A DNA stretch of 63,775 nucleotides, the filler included, from Octopus bimaculoides (taxonomy: Eukaryota), in the NCBI RefSeq assembly GCF_001194135.2. It is 9 parts of 9 records of this genome, joined end to end, with 100 filler letters (N's around TTAATTAATTAA, not from the genome) between each part and the next. Parts side by side here need not be neighbours in the genome. Positions count along the whole stretch, not along the records: positions 51,165 to 62,180 come from NC_068994.1; positions 62,281 to 63,775 come from NW_026404450.1; 7 more parts are not named here. One strand, given 5' to 3'. A program made the position numbers and the translations under genes. Below the pieces are notes generated by a model that had not been told where the DNA came from, ran no database searches, and saw nothing but the letters and a program-made list of their open reading frames with translations. Positions 53,750-63,775 of this stretch are shown here, piece by piece. The number at the start of each line of letters is the position of its first letter. Positions within the stretch are counted from its first letter, which is position 1.

Positions 53750-54198
53750 TGAGGAGTATGTAACTATTTGATATATTCACAGATATGGTTAGGAAGTTTT
53801 TGCCTTTCATAGGAACTTATGGAAAAAAGTCAATATAACAATGGACAAGATTGTAGCAATTCTTATACATAAGCTCTTCTTAAAAATGCATGCATCATAT
53901 AAAACTGCACCAAAAATTTAATCTTCAAGTCCAGAAGAAATTTGGGGATCAATATTGTTTCTGCCAGAGCTAACCAATGTGGTATGCTACTATTCCCATT
54001 GAGAGCTTACTGGTACAGATTGATAAGATATGGTCAGTAGAGGGTTAGCTTCTTGTACCAATGTCCAACAATTAAGTCTCTTCTGGGTACCGTTTCATCT
54101 TGGAGTTTCTGGATCACAGAAAAATTTTAATGTAATGAAATGAAATGTAAAAAGAAAAAAATAACAATAAAAGTAATCAGTTAACTTCAAGTACTTAC

Positions 54199-54384
54199 CT
54201 TCTTCTTTCACTCTTTTTGCTAATTCGAAAGTAAATAGTACATTAGCTAGTTTTGTTGAGCCATAGGTCTCTGAGCCTTCAAATAACATAGGTATCTTGA
54301 AATTTTCAAAATGGATTTTTCCAAAATGATGACCATAAGAACTAAGAGTGACAACTCGAGAAGGAGTTGAAGCCTTTAAACGTT
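54199..54384 (-). CDS. RDH11/12-like: RDH-like SDR exon 4 (catalytic S and YxxxK)
   Basis: Acceptor ATTTCAG; (E)RLKASTPSRVVTLSSYGHHFGKIHFENFKIPMLFEGSETYGSTKLANVLFTFELAKRVKEE; 186 nt; donor G|GTAAGT. Confidence 0.95.
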
Positions 54385-54743
54385 CTGAAATTTGAAATTT
54401 TAAATTAAAATTACGACCAACATCTAATGAGAGGAATTTCATGTCTCACATTTTTTCAACAGAAGCAGAGCTGAAGCGCACCCACCTCTCTCTCTCTCTC
54501 TCTTTCTCTCTCACTCACTCACTCACTCACTCACTCACTCACTCACTCACTCNNNNNNNNNNAAACATGGAACAACTTTCACTAGCCAAGGGGACCAGAA
54601 CTAGTGTAGTTCCAGTGCCTTTAAAGTTCATAGTACTGCTCCTCTGTCTGGCATTGTTCCTCTAATTTAATTTAAACACCTCTTTGCCAGCTGAAAATGT
54701 TAATGATTAAGAGGTAATAAAATATGTAAAAAAATTTACTTAC

Positions 54744-54833
54744 CTAGGAGAAGGTTTGTAAGTAAGAATGGACCAAAATGATTTGTGGCATATGTTACTT
54801 GAAGTCCGTCTTCTGTCAACTTGGAATCATTTG
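54744..54833 (-). CDS. RDH11/12-like: RDH-like SDR exon 3 (not in the ORF track)
   Basis: Acceptor TTCTGTTCTGTAG; (T)NDSKLTEDGLQVTYATNHFGPFLLTNLLL, the RDH11-14 TEDG..TNHFG.FLLT.LLL motif; 90 nt; donor G|GTAAG. Confidence 0.95.
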
Positions 54834-55424
54834 CTACAGAACAGAATAAGACATGGACTTTAAAAACAGTCTATGAAAGAGTTAGCAAAGGGAAGTTTGG
54901 TGTTGTCTCTAACATAGTCTATTGTTTCTTAAAGTAGATGTTATCACTCTGGAGAATCAGGATTGCTTAAAAGTTATTCTTAAAAGTATTCTTAAGGGGA
55001 TTTGGTTAATTGTTATCCTTTTAAAATCTCTTATGAATTTTATCTTATAAAGTGTTTTGAAACCTGCTCTTTTGGTTAATGTTATGGGATGAAGTGGGAA
55101 CTTTTGATTTAGGTGTAATACAAAGAGTTTAGAGATGGAAACATTTTGAGAGTCATTCCTGGAGAAGGATGAAGCTTCAGTTATTTCCCTTATCTTCTCA
55201 ATTATTTTTACCTATTTTAATATCTTTTATCTTTAACTTGAACTGTGGCTGTGCTGGGGTACCACCTTGAAGAGTTTAGTTAAATGATCTAACTCCAGTA
55301 CTTATATTTCAAGCCTGGTACTTATAATATTGGTCTCTTTTGCTGAACCACTATGTAAACAAACTGATACCAGTTGTCAAGCAGTGATGGGGGATAAACA
55401 CACACACACACACACACACACAGA

Positions 55425-57905
55425 GGAGGAGCAGTGAACATCACAGAAGCTCCTTCATGAGAAGATACAGACTCCTTCCAGAGGAAAATCTGGAGTGAAA
55501 AGAAAGAGTTTAACCAAGATGCTCTGTGGCTGGAAGAAATCAGAAGAAGTTATTGCTCCTGTGTTATACCCAAGACATACAACATTGATGGTGAAATTCT
55601 TGCAACTGTGATCCAGAAGCTCCAAGATGAAAAGGTACCTGGAAGAGACTTAATTGTTAGACATTGGTACAAGAAGCTAACCTTCTACTGACCATATCTT
55701 ATCAATCTGTACCAGCAAGCTCTTATTGGGAACAGTAGCATACCACATTGGTTAGCTCTTGCAGAAACAAAATTGATCCCCAAATGCAGAACCACCCACA
55801 TGGAAAACACTACTGGCCAATTGCATACCAGAGCTTAATGTATAAGATATATACAGCATGCTTAGACCTCTTCCTCCAGGACCATTGTGAAACCAATAAC
55901 ATCATCACGACAGAGCAAGCAGCTAGGAAGAAGGGAGTCCGGGGATGTGCTGAGCAATTGCTAATCAACAAAACTGTGATGTCAGAGATGCGAGAGCATA
56001 AGAGGAACCTAGTTTCAATGTGGCTCGACTTCAAGAAAGCCTTTGACTCTTTCCCCACTCATGGATGCTAACAGCCCTTCAACTTGCTAAAGTTCCAGTG
56101 AGCATAGTCAAAACCATAGCTGACCTGACTTCATCGTGGACCACCGTCTATAAATTAAACATGAGGAGTGACTGTATTATCACTGATAGAATACAGTATT
56201 GCAGAGGCATATTCCAAGGGGACAGCCTCTCTTTGATGTTTATACTTTCTGTAAACCCCTTGTCATTCATATTAAGGAAATCTGAAGGATATCTCACTGA
56301 TTCACAAGGAAATAGAAATATCAAAATTACACAGTTTCTTTGTGGATGACTTGAAACTTTATGCAAAGAATATGCATGAGATGAAAAAGAGCCCTGACCT
56401 TGTTACAACATTCTCAAAGGATGTAGGATTGGAGTTTGGTCAGGATAAATGTTGTTATATGGTTGTGAAAGGGGGAAAACTATAAACCAGACTAGCAGCA
56501 TCTCCATCAATGATTTTGACTGTTTCCCCTATATCTGATGAGAAATGTTACAGGTATCTAGGGGTGGCTGAAAATATATCTTACAGTGTCACCTGTAACA
56601 AAACATGTGTCACTAAAGAATAGAATATTTGAATAAAGAAAATTTGGACCTCAGAACTCTCTGCATTCAATAAAACAGTGGCCCACAATGTGTTTGCAGT
56701 GCCAGTATTCATACCAACATTTCGGCTGCTTGATTGGACGCTTGATGAGATACGAGCCATTGAGGTGAAAACTCGAAAAATACTAACAAGCATACATGAT
56801 TTCCACATAAACAGTGACGTAGACTGCCTCTACCTAAAATGAAAACAAGGAAGCAGAGGCTTAACATCAATCCAAAATGCCTTTGAATGTCGTATCATAT
56901 CACTTCAGCAACATTGTTTAACCACCAAGTGTCAATGTGCATCCCTTGACCAAGTTTGCATTTTTGAGGCTGATAACATCATGAGACTTGGAAAGCAGCT
57001 CCTTGAGCAAAATCCTTTGTCTGATAACCTAGAATACATGCCCAAAGAAGTCACACAACTCTACTGCAACATATCATCAGATGAGAGGATGAGACCATAT
57101 GAGCAGAAAACTATGCATGGATATGTTGGTAGAAAGCTCTGAGATGATAGTAACATTGATTATCAAAGTAGTTTATCATGGACCAATTGCCGGATTACTA
57201 CCTCCCACTTTGAAAGGTTTGCGTTTGCAAGCCAGGAACAGGAAATATCAACCAAGTACCTGATGCTCAAAAGGGATAGAAATACAGGAAAAGCAGTAAA
57301 ATGTATCAACTGATGTAGACTTTGTGGAGTAAACACTGAAGATATCACCCACATCATAAACAGTTGTCTGAAAATGTCATCATAGTATTATCTACCAATG
57401 AGACGTGATGTAGCTAGGACACTATAATGAAATCCCTCAGAAGGATAACCCAGAGGAAAAAGAAATAAGAACCCACAGTATGGTAGAAGCCATAGCCACT
57501 CATAATAAAAAGGGATATTGATGGAATGTCCCAGTGAAGACCTCAATAAAATGTAAGCACAACAGACCTGATATATAAAGATTTGGGATAGAGAAGACAA
57601 ATTGTGCATAGTTGTGGAAATTAGCTGCCTAGTGGATGTTAACATAAAGATGAAGATCAGAGTAAAAGAGAATGCCAAAGCTGAACTAATGAGAAATCTG
57701 CAGTTACTCTATCCAGCTTACAAGTTCAAGTTTATACCTGCAATTATTGGTGCCCTGGAATATGTAACACACTGCCTAAATACTAATCTTGAGAAATTAG
57801 ACTTCTCAAAACCAGAAAGGAGAAAGCTAATTCAAAGACTACAGACCCAATCCATCACTGGAACTGTAAAAACCTGTAAAACTTGCCAGAAGTTTATCAT
57901 TTAAA
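55425..57905 (+). mobile_element. R4/Dong-like non-LTR retrotransposon with restriction-like endonuclease, 5'-truncated, antisense in RDH intron 2
   Basis: EQAARKKGVRGCAEQLLINK, WLDFKKAFDS, RGIFQGDSLS, F(V)DDLKLYAK, CCHC knuckle CRLCGVNTEDITHIINSC, NRPD..., IVVEISC, IPAIIGAL; many stops and frameshifts. Confidence 0.85.
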
Positions 57906-58537
57906 TATATATGAGCATATATAGATATTAACTATATGCATGAGAATACATTTCAGGTCATCCCATAAGTTCTATCCGAATTTTGAATAAAGAAAACAAA
58001 TGATCAAATGTTATATTTAATTGAAATTTAGTCATCAATGTACTTTCCCTGTACTCTGTACTTTCCATCTATTTACAAGCTTTTTAATCCTATCAATGTA
58101 AAACTGTTGGTTTCAAAGTGAAGAACTCTGAAATGTCAGTTTCGACCTCCTCCTAGCTTGCGAAAGTTATGTCCCCCAAATGATTCTGTAAACTACGAAA
58201 CAAATGGTAGTCTAAAGGAGTGTAAGGATGGAAGAAATGCCACTAAGCATTTTGCCCAGCATGCAAAAATTCTGCCAGCTCTCAATATTAACTCATTAAT
58301 GCATAGTGTCCAGAAAAATGGTTGCAGGAAAAATTACTATTACTTGTTTCATACATGTGTATAGTTGGTTTGTTTGTGCACAGTGCTTGCTCACTCATAG
58401 AGCACTAGTTTAGTGGCAGACTATACCAAAAATAAGCTCAATAGGTAGTTTACTTGACAAGCAATAGTAATTTTTTCTGCATCCATTTTTCTGGACGCTA
58501 TGCACTAATGCGTTAACATTGCCTCTGTTGCTAATAT

Positions 58538-58732
58538 ACTCTTTACTCTCTCTTTTACTCTTGTACTTGTTTCAGTCATTTGACTGCGGCCATGCTGGGG
58601 CACCGCCTTTAGTCGAATCAAATCGACCCCAGGACTTATTCTTTGTAAGCGTAGTACTTATTCTATCGGTCTCTTTTTGCCGAACCAGCATCAGTTGTCA
58701 AGCAATGGCGGGGGGACAAACACAGACACCCA

Positions 58733-58781
<49 letters not shown>

Positions 58782-58954
58782 ATATATATACAATGGGCTT
58801 CTTTCAGTTTCTGTCTACCAAATCCACTCACAAGGCTTTGGTCGGCCCGAGGCTATAGTAGAAGACACTTGCCCAAGGTGCCACGCAGTGGGACTGAACC
58901 CGGAACCATGTGGTTGGTAAGCAAGCTACTTACCACACAGCCACTCCTACGCCT
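58538..58954 (-). mobile_element. tRNA-derived SINE family 2 (CORE-like GCACCTTGGGCAAGT box), near full length, RDH intron 2
   Basis: Head AGGCGTAGGAGTGGCTGTGTGGTAAGTAGCTTGC..GGTTCCGGGTTCAGTCCC; internal (TA/TG)n; tail GACTGAAACAAGTA. Confidence 0.9.
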
Positions 58955-59146
58955 ATATATATATTTTTAACAATTTTTTTCAATATGTGCATGATGAAAC
59001 ATGCTAAAAAAATGTTTTCCATAGAATATTCCTGTAAAACAGAGGTGCATCTTATGCTAGAGTGCATAGTAGATTCTGGAAAATATGTTACTTTTTTTTC
59101 AGGGAAGATTTAGCAAAATGTAATAAAAGAAATGGGTAAAACTTAC

Positions 59147-59386
59147 TAATGATACCAGCATTATTTATCAAAATGTCTAGTCGACTTTCTTCTTTCAGGA
59201 ACTGTTCAGCAAACTCTCTCACAGATTTTAAAGAGCTTACATCTAACTTCTTGGAGACAATGTTTTTCTTTCCAGTTTCTGAAATGATTTTTTCCACTGC
59301 AGTTTCAGCTTTTTCAGCATTCCGGCAAGCAAGAATAACACGGGCATTGCGAGAAGCTAATTCGCGTGCAGTGATGTAACCAAGCC
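59147..59386 (-). CDS. RDH11/12-like: RDH-like SDR exon 2
   Basis: Acceptor TTTTTATTAG; (G)LGYITARELASRNARVILACRNAEKAETAVEKIISETGKKNIVSKKLDVSSLKSVREFAEQFLKEESRLDILINNAGII. Completes TGGNTGLG and carries ACR and NNAG; 240 nt; donor A|GTAAG. Confidence 0.95.
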
Positions 59387-59863
59387 CTAATAAAAAGAAC
59401 ATGCAGAAACAGAATAATTCAATAAATGGAAATGTTTTTCAAAAGAAAATATGAGGTGTATTAAGTAAAAATAAAAAAATTCTGTGTGGTCATCTAAGCT
59501 ACAAGAAATATCAGCCAGATTTTTCTCAGATCAGACTATTTTGACTTACGAGAAAAATGTAGCTCTAGATATAATATGTTTATATACGTGTCACATAAAA
59601 AGCACCCAGTACACTCTGTAAAGAGGTTGGTATTAGGAAGAGAAGAGATGTAGTGTGTGCCTGTTCTGCTGTGATTACAGCAGTCAAGTAATACCATAGA
59701 TAGGAAAGTGATGTGAGGAAAAGTTTGATGAGCTGAGAGAATGGAGGTAGGACAGAGTTCTGCACATGCAAGCATTATTAAGGTGATTTTAAGATATCAA
59801 TTCTGTTGTGCAGCATGGGTCTTCTTGAAGACAGTAAGATGATACTCACCTTGGTTCTTTATA

Positions 59864-60725
59864 CAGGGTGTTTTGTGGCTAAATTTGATTTTTTTTAATG
59901 TTTCCTCTTTTTTTCAGAAACAGCTTGATGTATTGGTGAGCAGTCAATGGTGTTGAAAAGCATAAAGATTGAAGTTGTGGTTGAGAAAAAGTTAGCTCAC
60001 ATGGAGGACCAGTAGCCATATGAATGTTGGAAAAGAGTTACCCATGTCATGCACCATTTGCTCTCGGTATCAAAAAGCTGATATCATGTCTGCTGCTCAA
60101 TGCTCTGCAAAGGCTGTAAAGGCTGTAAGACATGACACTAACATCATGAAAACCAAGTTACCCCGAACTGTGATGGTCTTTGGGTATGTCGCCAGTAAGG
60201 GTGATGTCAAGCAACCCCATATCTTTGAACAGGGCATTAGGCTCAATTCAGGTGGCCATGTTAAGATGCTGGAAGGCCTTATGTGTGGCTGCAGGACTTG
60301 GCTACTTGCAATACCTCTGGAAAGAGCCAAAAGTGGTTATCAGAGAATTTCTACAACTTCATCAGCTCCAATTTCTGGCCTCCTAATTCCCCCGATTGTA
60401 ATCCTATAGATTACTATGTGTGGGGTGTGGTTGAAAAAGACGTCAACTGTTCTGCTTGCAACTCCAAAACCAAGCTGGTAGCTAAGATCAAGGAAGTGTT
60501 TGAAGATCTTCCCAGGGACACAGTGAGGAATGCATGCGCCAGGTTTCTGAGCCATTTTGAGACTGTGGCGGAAGCTGAAGTGGCTATTTTGTCATCTCCC
60601 AGCAATAATTTAGCTGGTATTTTTTTGGTATTTTTTTTATTTATTTAAATATTTTTCTTTTTGAAAGGGATAGTGTGTTTTCTTTTCCTTTTATGCAAAC
60701 TGTCAAATTTTGCCTGAACACCCTG
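59864..60725 (+). mobile_element. Internally deleted Tc1/mariner of the DD37D (maT) family in RDH intron 1
   Basis: Imperfect TIRs CAGGGTGTT..AAATTTGA / TCAAATTT..AACACCCTG flanked by TA. TVMVFGYV and WLQD-x37-D (WPPNSPDCNPIDYYVW). Confidence 0.88.
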
Positions 60726-60871
60726 TATATGCATATATATATATATATATAATAAAATAATAATAATATTAGGGATAATATCCAAAATTACAGGTAAAAA
60801 CTCAATTAAAATCAATTTATTAAAAATTAAAATTAAATTAAATTAAGTTTCACAGTATAAAATATATATAA

Positions 60872-61147
60872 ATATATAGTTTTAGGGAAAAGAACCAAGG
60901 TTCATGAACTCATTGATGAAAATCCACTGTCACATATAGAAAAATTAATAATTAAAAGCACAATAAATAAGTATAATATAATACAACGTAAATATCATAA
61001 GATAAAGATAATAATATCTTATGATATTTACGTTGTATTATATTATACTTATTTATTGTACTTTTACTTATTAATTTTTCTATATGTGACATTGGATTTT
61101 CATCAATGAGTTCATGAACCTTGGTTCTTTTCCCTAAAACTATATAT
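60872..61147. repeat. Long inverted repeat (133-bp arms, 10-nt loop) in RDH intron 1
   Basis: 60872-61004 is the reverse complement of 61015-61147; I count 3 mismatches. Confidence 0.95.
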
Positions 61148-61802
61148 ATATATTTCGTATGTGTATTTNNNNNNNNNNNNNNNNNNNNNNNNNNNNNNNN
61201 NNNNNNNNNNNNNNNNNNNNNNNNNNNNNNNNNNNNNNNNNNNNNNNNNNNNNNNNNNNNNNNNNNNNNNNNNNNNNNNNNNNNNNNNNNNNNNNNNNNN
61301 NNNNNNNNNNNNNNNNNNNNNNNNNNNNNNNNNNNNNNNNNNNNNNNNNNNNNNNNNNNNNNNNNNNNNNNNNNNNNNNNNNNNNNNNNNNNNNNNNNNN
61401 NNNNNNNNNNNNNNNNNNNNNNNNNNNNNNNNNNNNNNNNNNNNNNNNNNNNNNNNNNNNNNNNNNNNNNNNNNNNNNNNNNNNNNGCATGCTCATATGT
61501 GTGCACGCACTTATGTGTTCGTGCTTATATGTAAGTATGTGCATTCATATGTGTGTTTGTAACAATTTCGTTTATATCAGATCAGATAGAGACTTTTTAA
61601 TTAATTTATTTACGTTCATATTACGCATCATATGTGTGAACAACACATGCAACCATGGGCAATTGTAAGGCCCTCATCTACGTGTATTTGGTGTTTAAAA
61701 TTTTAAACAGTAGAAGTAGCAGTAGCAGTAGTAGTAGAAGTTGTCTTCATTGTTATTGTCATAGTAGTAGTAGTAGTAAAAGGGCTGGACTGTTCAACTT
61801 AC

Positions 61803-61959
61803 CAGTATTTCCTCCTGTAACAATTACAGTCTTACCAGTGAGATCAACTTCCGATCTGCAATATCTTCGAGTAGACTTCAAGTAGACACACAAAAGGAGG
61901 TAGCCCACTATTAGGAAACCAATAACAAAAAGGCACACTGGGCACATTGTGTCACACAT
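61803..61959 (-). CDS. RDH11/12-like: RDH-like SDR exon 1 (N-terminal TM anchor, start of Rossmann fold)
   Basis: MCDTMCPVCLFVIGFLIVGYLLLCVYLKSTRRYCRSEVDLTGKTVIVTGGNT-G; 157 nt; phase-1 donor G|GTAAG at 61802. The start could also be ATG 61947. Confidence 0.9.
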
Positions 61960-62280
61960 TGGCTCGGATATTCTCAAACTGTAACATAAAAACAGGAAAA
62001 CAGTTTAACAACTGAATGAATTTAATAAAAGCATCTAAATATGAAACATCATAAAAATTGTTTAAATTGAAGTCCTTGAGCAACACATTTTCCATTTGAG
62101 TCAATACAGAATTATAGATAGTATTTATGGAATTTTGATTTACTGTCAGGTGGCTTTTGGCCAAACCTGTGCATATATATNNNNNNNNNNNNNNNNNNNN
62201 NNNNNNNNNNNNNNNNNNNNNNNNTTAATTAATTAANNNNNNNNNNNNNNNNNNNNNNNNNNNNNNNNNNNNNNNNNNNN

Positions 62281-63775
62281 CTCTTTGATAAATATAATGT
62301 TTTCATCAACCATGTAGCCTATATTAACCCTTTAGACTTCAAAATGAACAGTGGTTTTGCAAAAATGAAAACTATCTAAAGGTGTAACAAAACGACTGGA
62401 AAGCAGAAAATTCGCATTTTAAAGTTTTGTTGGCGTTTCACGGTTATTTGCAAAATTTTGTGAGTTTAAGTTTTGTGAAAACGGTTGTGACTTCGGTGAA
62501 CTCTTTAATAAATATAATGTTTTCATTAAACATCTAGCCTATATTAAAATACCGTACTTCAAAATGAATAGTGGTTTTCCAAAAATGAAAACTACCTAAA
62601 AGTGTCTAAAATCGATTGAAATCACGAAAAACGCATTTTCAAGTTTTGTTGGTTTTTCATGGTTATTTAAAAAATTTTGTGAGTTTATGTTTTCTGAAAA
62701 CGGTTGTGACATCGGTGAACACCTTGATAAATATAATGTTTTCAACAACCATCTAGCTTATATTAACCCCCTTAGACTTCAAAATGAATAGTGGTTTTAC
62801 AAAAATAAAAACTATCTAAAAGTGTGAAAAAACGAGTGCAAAACACGAAATTCGTCTTTACAAGATTTGTTGTTTTTCCGTGCTTATTTGCAAAATTTTG
62901 TGATTTTCAGTTTTGTGAAAAAGGTTGTGACATCGGTGAACTCTTTGATAAATATAATGTTTTCATCAACCATCTAGCCTATATTAACCCTCTAGACTTC
63001 AAAATGAAAAGTGGTTTTGCAAAAATGGAAACAATCTAAAGGTGTCACAAAAGGACTGGAACACACCAAGTTCGCATTTTAAAATTTTGTTGGTGTTTCA
63101 CGGTTATTTGCAAAATTTTGTGAGTATAAGTTTTGTGAAAACGGTTGTGACATCGGTGAACTCTTTGATAAATATAATGTTTTCAACAACCATCTAGCTT
63201 ATATTAACCCTTTAGACTTCAAAATGAATAGTGGTTTTGCAAAAACGAAAACTATCTAAAAGTGTGAAAAAAGGAGTGCAAAACACGAAATTCGTATTTT
63301 CAAGTTTTGTTGGTTTTTCATCTTTCTTTGCAAAATTTTCTGAGATTGAGATTTATGAAAAAGATGTGACTTCGGTGAACTCTTTGATAAATATAATGTT
63401 TTCATCAACAATCTAGGCTATATTAACCCACTAGATTTCAAAATGAAAAGTGGTTTTTCAAAAAATGAAAACTATTTAAAAGTGTAAANNNNNNNNNNTT
63501 GAGCTTAGTGAAAAAGGTTTTGACTTCGGTGAGCTCTTTAGTAAATATAATGTTTTCATAATCCATCTAGCCTATATTAACCCTCTAGACTTCAAAATGA
63601 AAAGTGGTTTTGCAAAAATGAAAACTATCTAAAGGTGTCACAAAAGGATTGGAACACACGAAATTCGCATTTTAAAAATTTTGTTGGCGTTTCACGGTTA
63701 TTTGCAAAATTTTGTGAGTTTAAATTTTGTGAAAACGGTTGTGATTTCGGTGAACTCTTTGATAAATATAATGTT
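62281..63775. repeat. ~220-bp tandem satellite (7+ units, runs off the window)
   Basis: Unit starts CTCTTTGATAAATATAATG at 62281, 62501, 62720, 62941, 63161, 63380, 63534 (after a gap) and 63755. Confidence 0.97.

Noticed and set aside
54095-54442. ORF-track extensions of RDH exons (e.g. MKFLSLDVGRNF..., ...KYLKLTDYF)
   Set aside because: These are intronic read-through beyond canonical splice sites; exon boundaries were set from GT-AG sites and phase.

Overview
This is eukaryotic, intron-rich, AT-rich, microsatellite-saturated draft genomic DNA with many N gaps, not a prokaryotic locus. The repeat families suggest a coleoid cephalopod, probably Octopus (inference). The only clear host gene is a minus-strand retinol-dehydrogenase-like short-chain dehydrogenase/reductase (RDH11/12/13 type). 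I reconstructed five exons (61959-61803, 59386-59147, 54833-54744, 54384-54199, 53071-52965; 260 codons) with canonical GT-AG sites, consistent phases and the TGxxxGxG, NNAG, YxxxK and HPG motifs. I could not find its last exon. The rest is transposon-derived: at least three tRNA-derived SINE families, RTE LINE copies, an R4/Dong-type RLE LINE antisense in intron 2, a DD37D (maT) Tc1/mariner in intron 1, a mariner 5' end, Penelope-like element (PLE) fragments, a Tx1/L1-like ORF1, and a ~220-bp satellite upstream of the gene. The most interesting signals are two minimal hammerhead-ribozyme-like motifs with non-canonical cores (321-357, 11896-11929), a 133-bp-arm near-perfect hairpin in intron 1, a recurrent SINE dimer junction, SINE tail swapping tied to microsatellite context, and a LINE 5' end joined inside a SINE head. 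Almost all ORF-track entries are microsatellite or gap artefacts.
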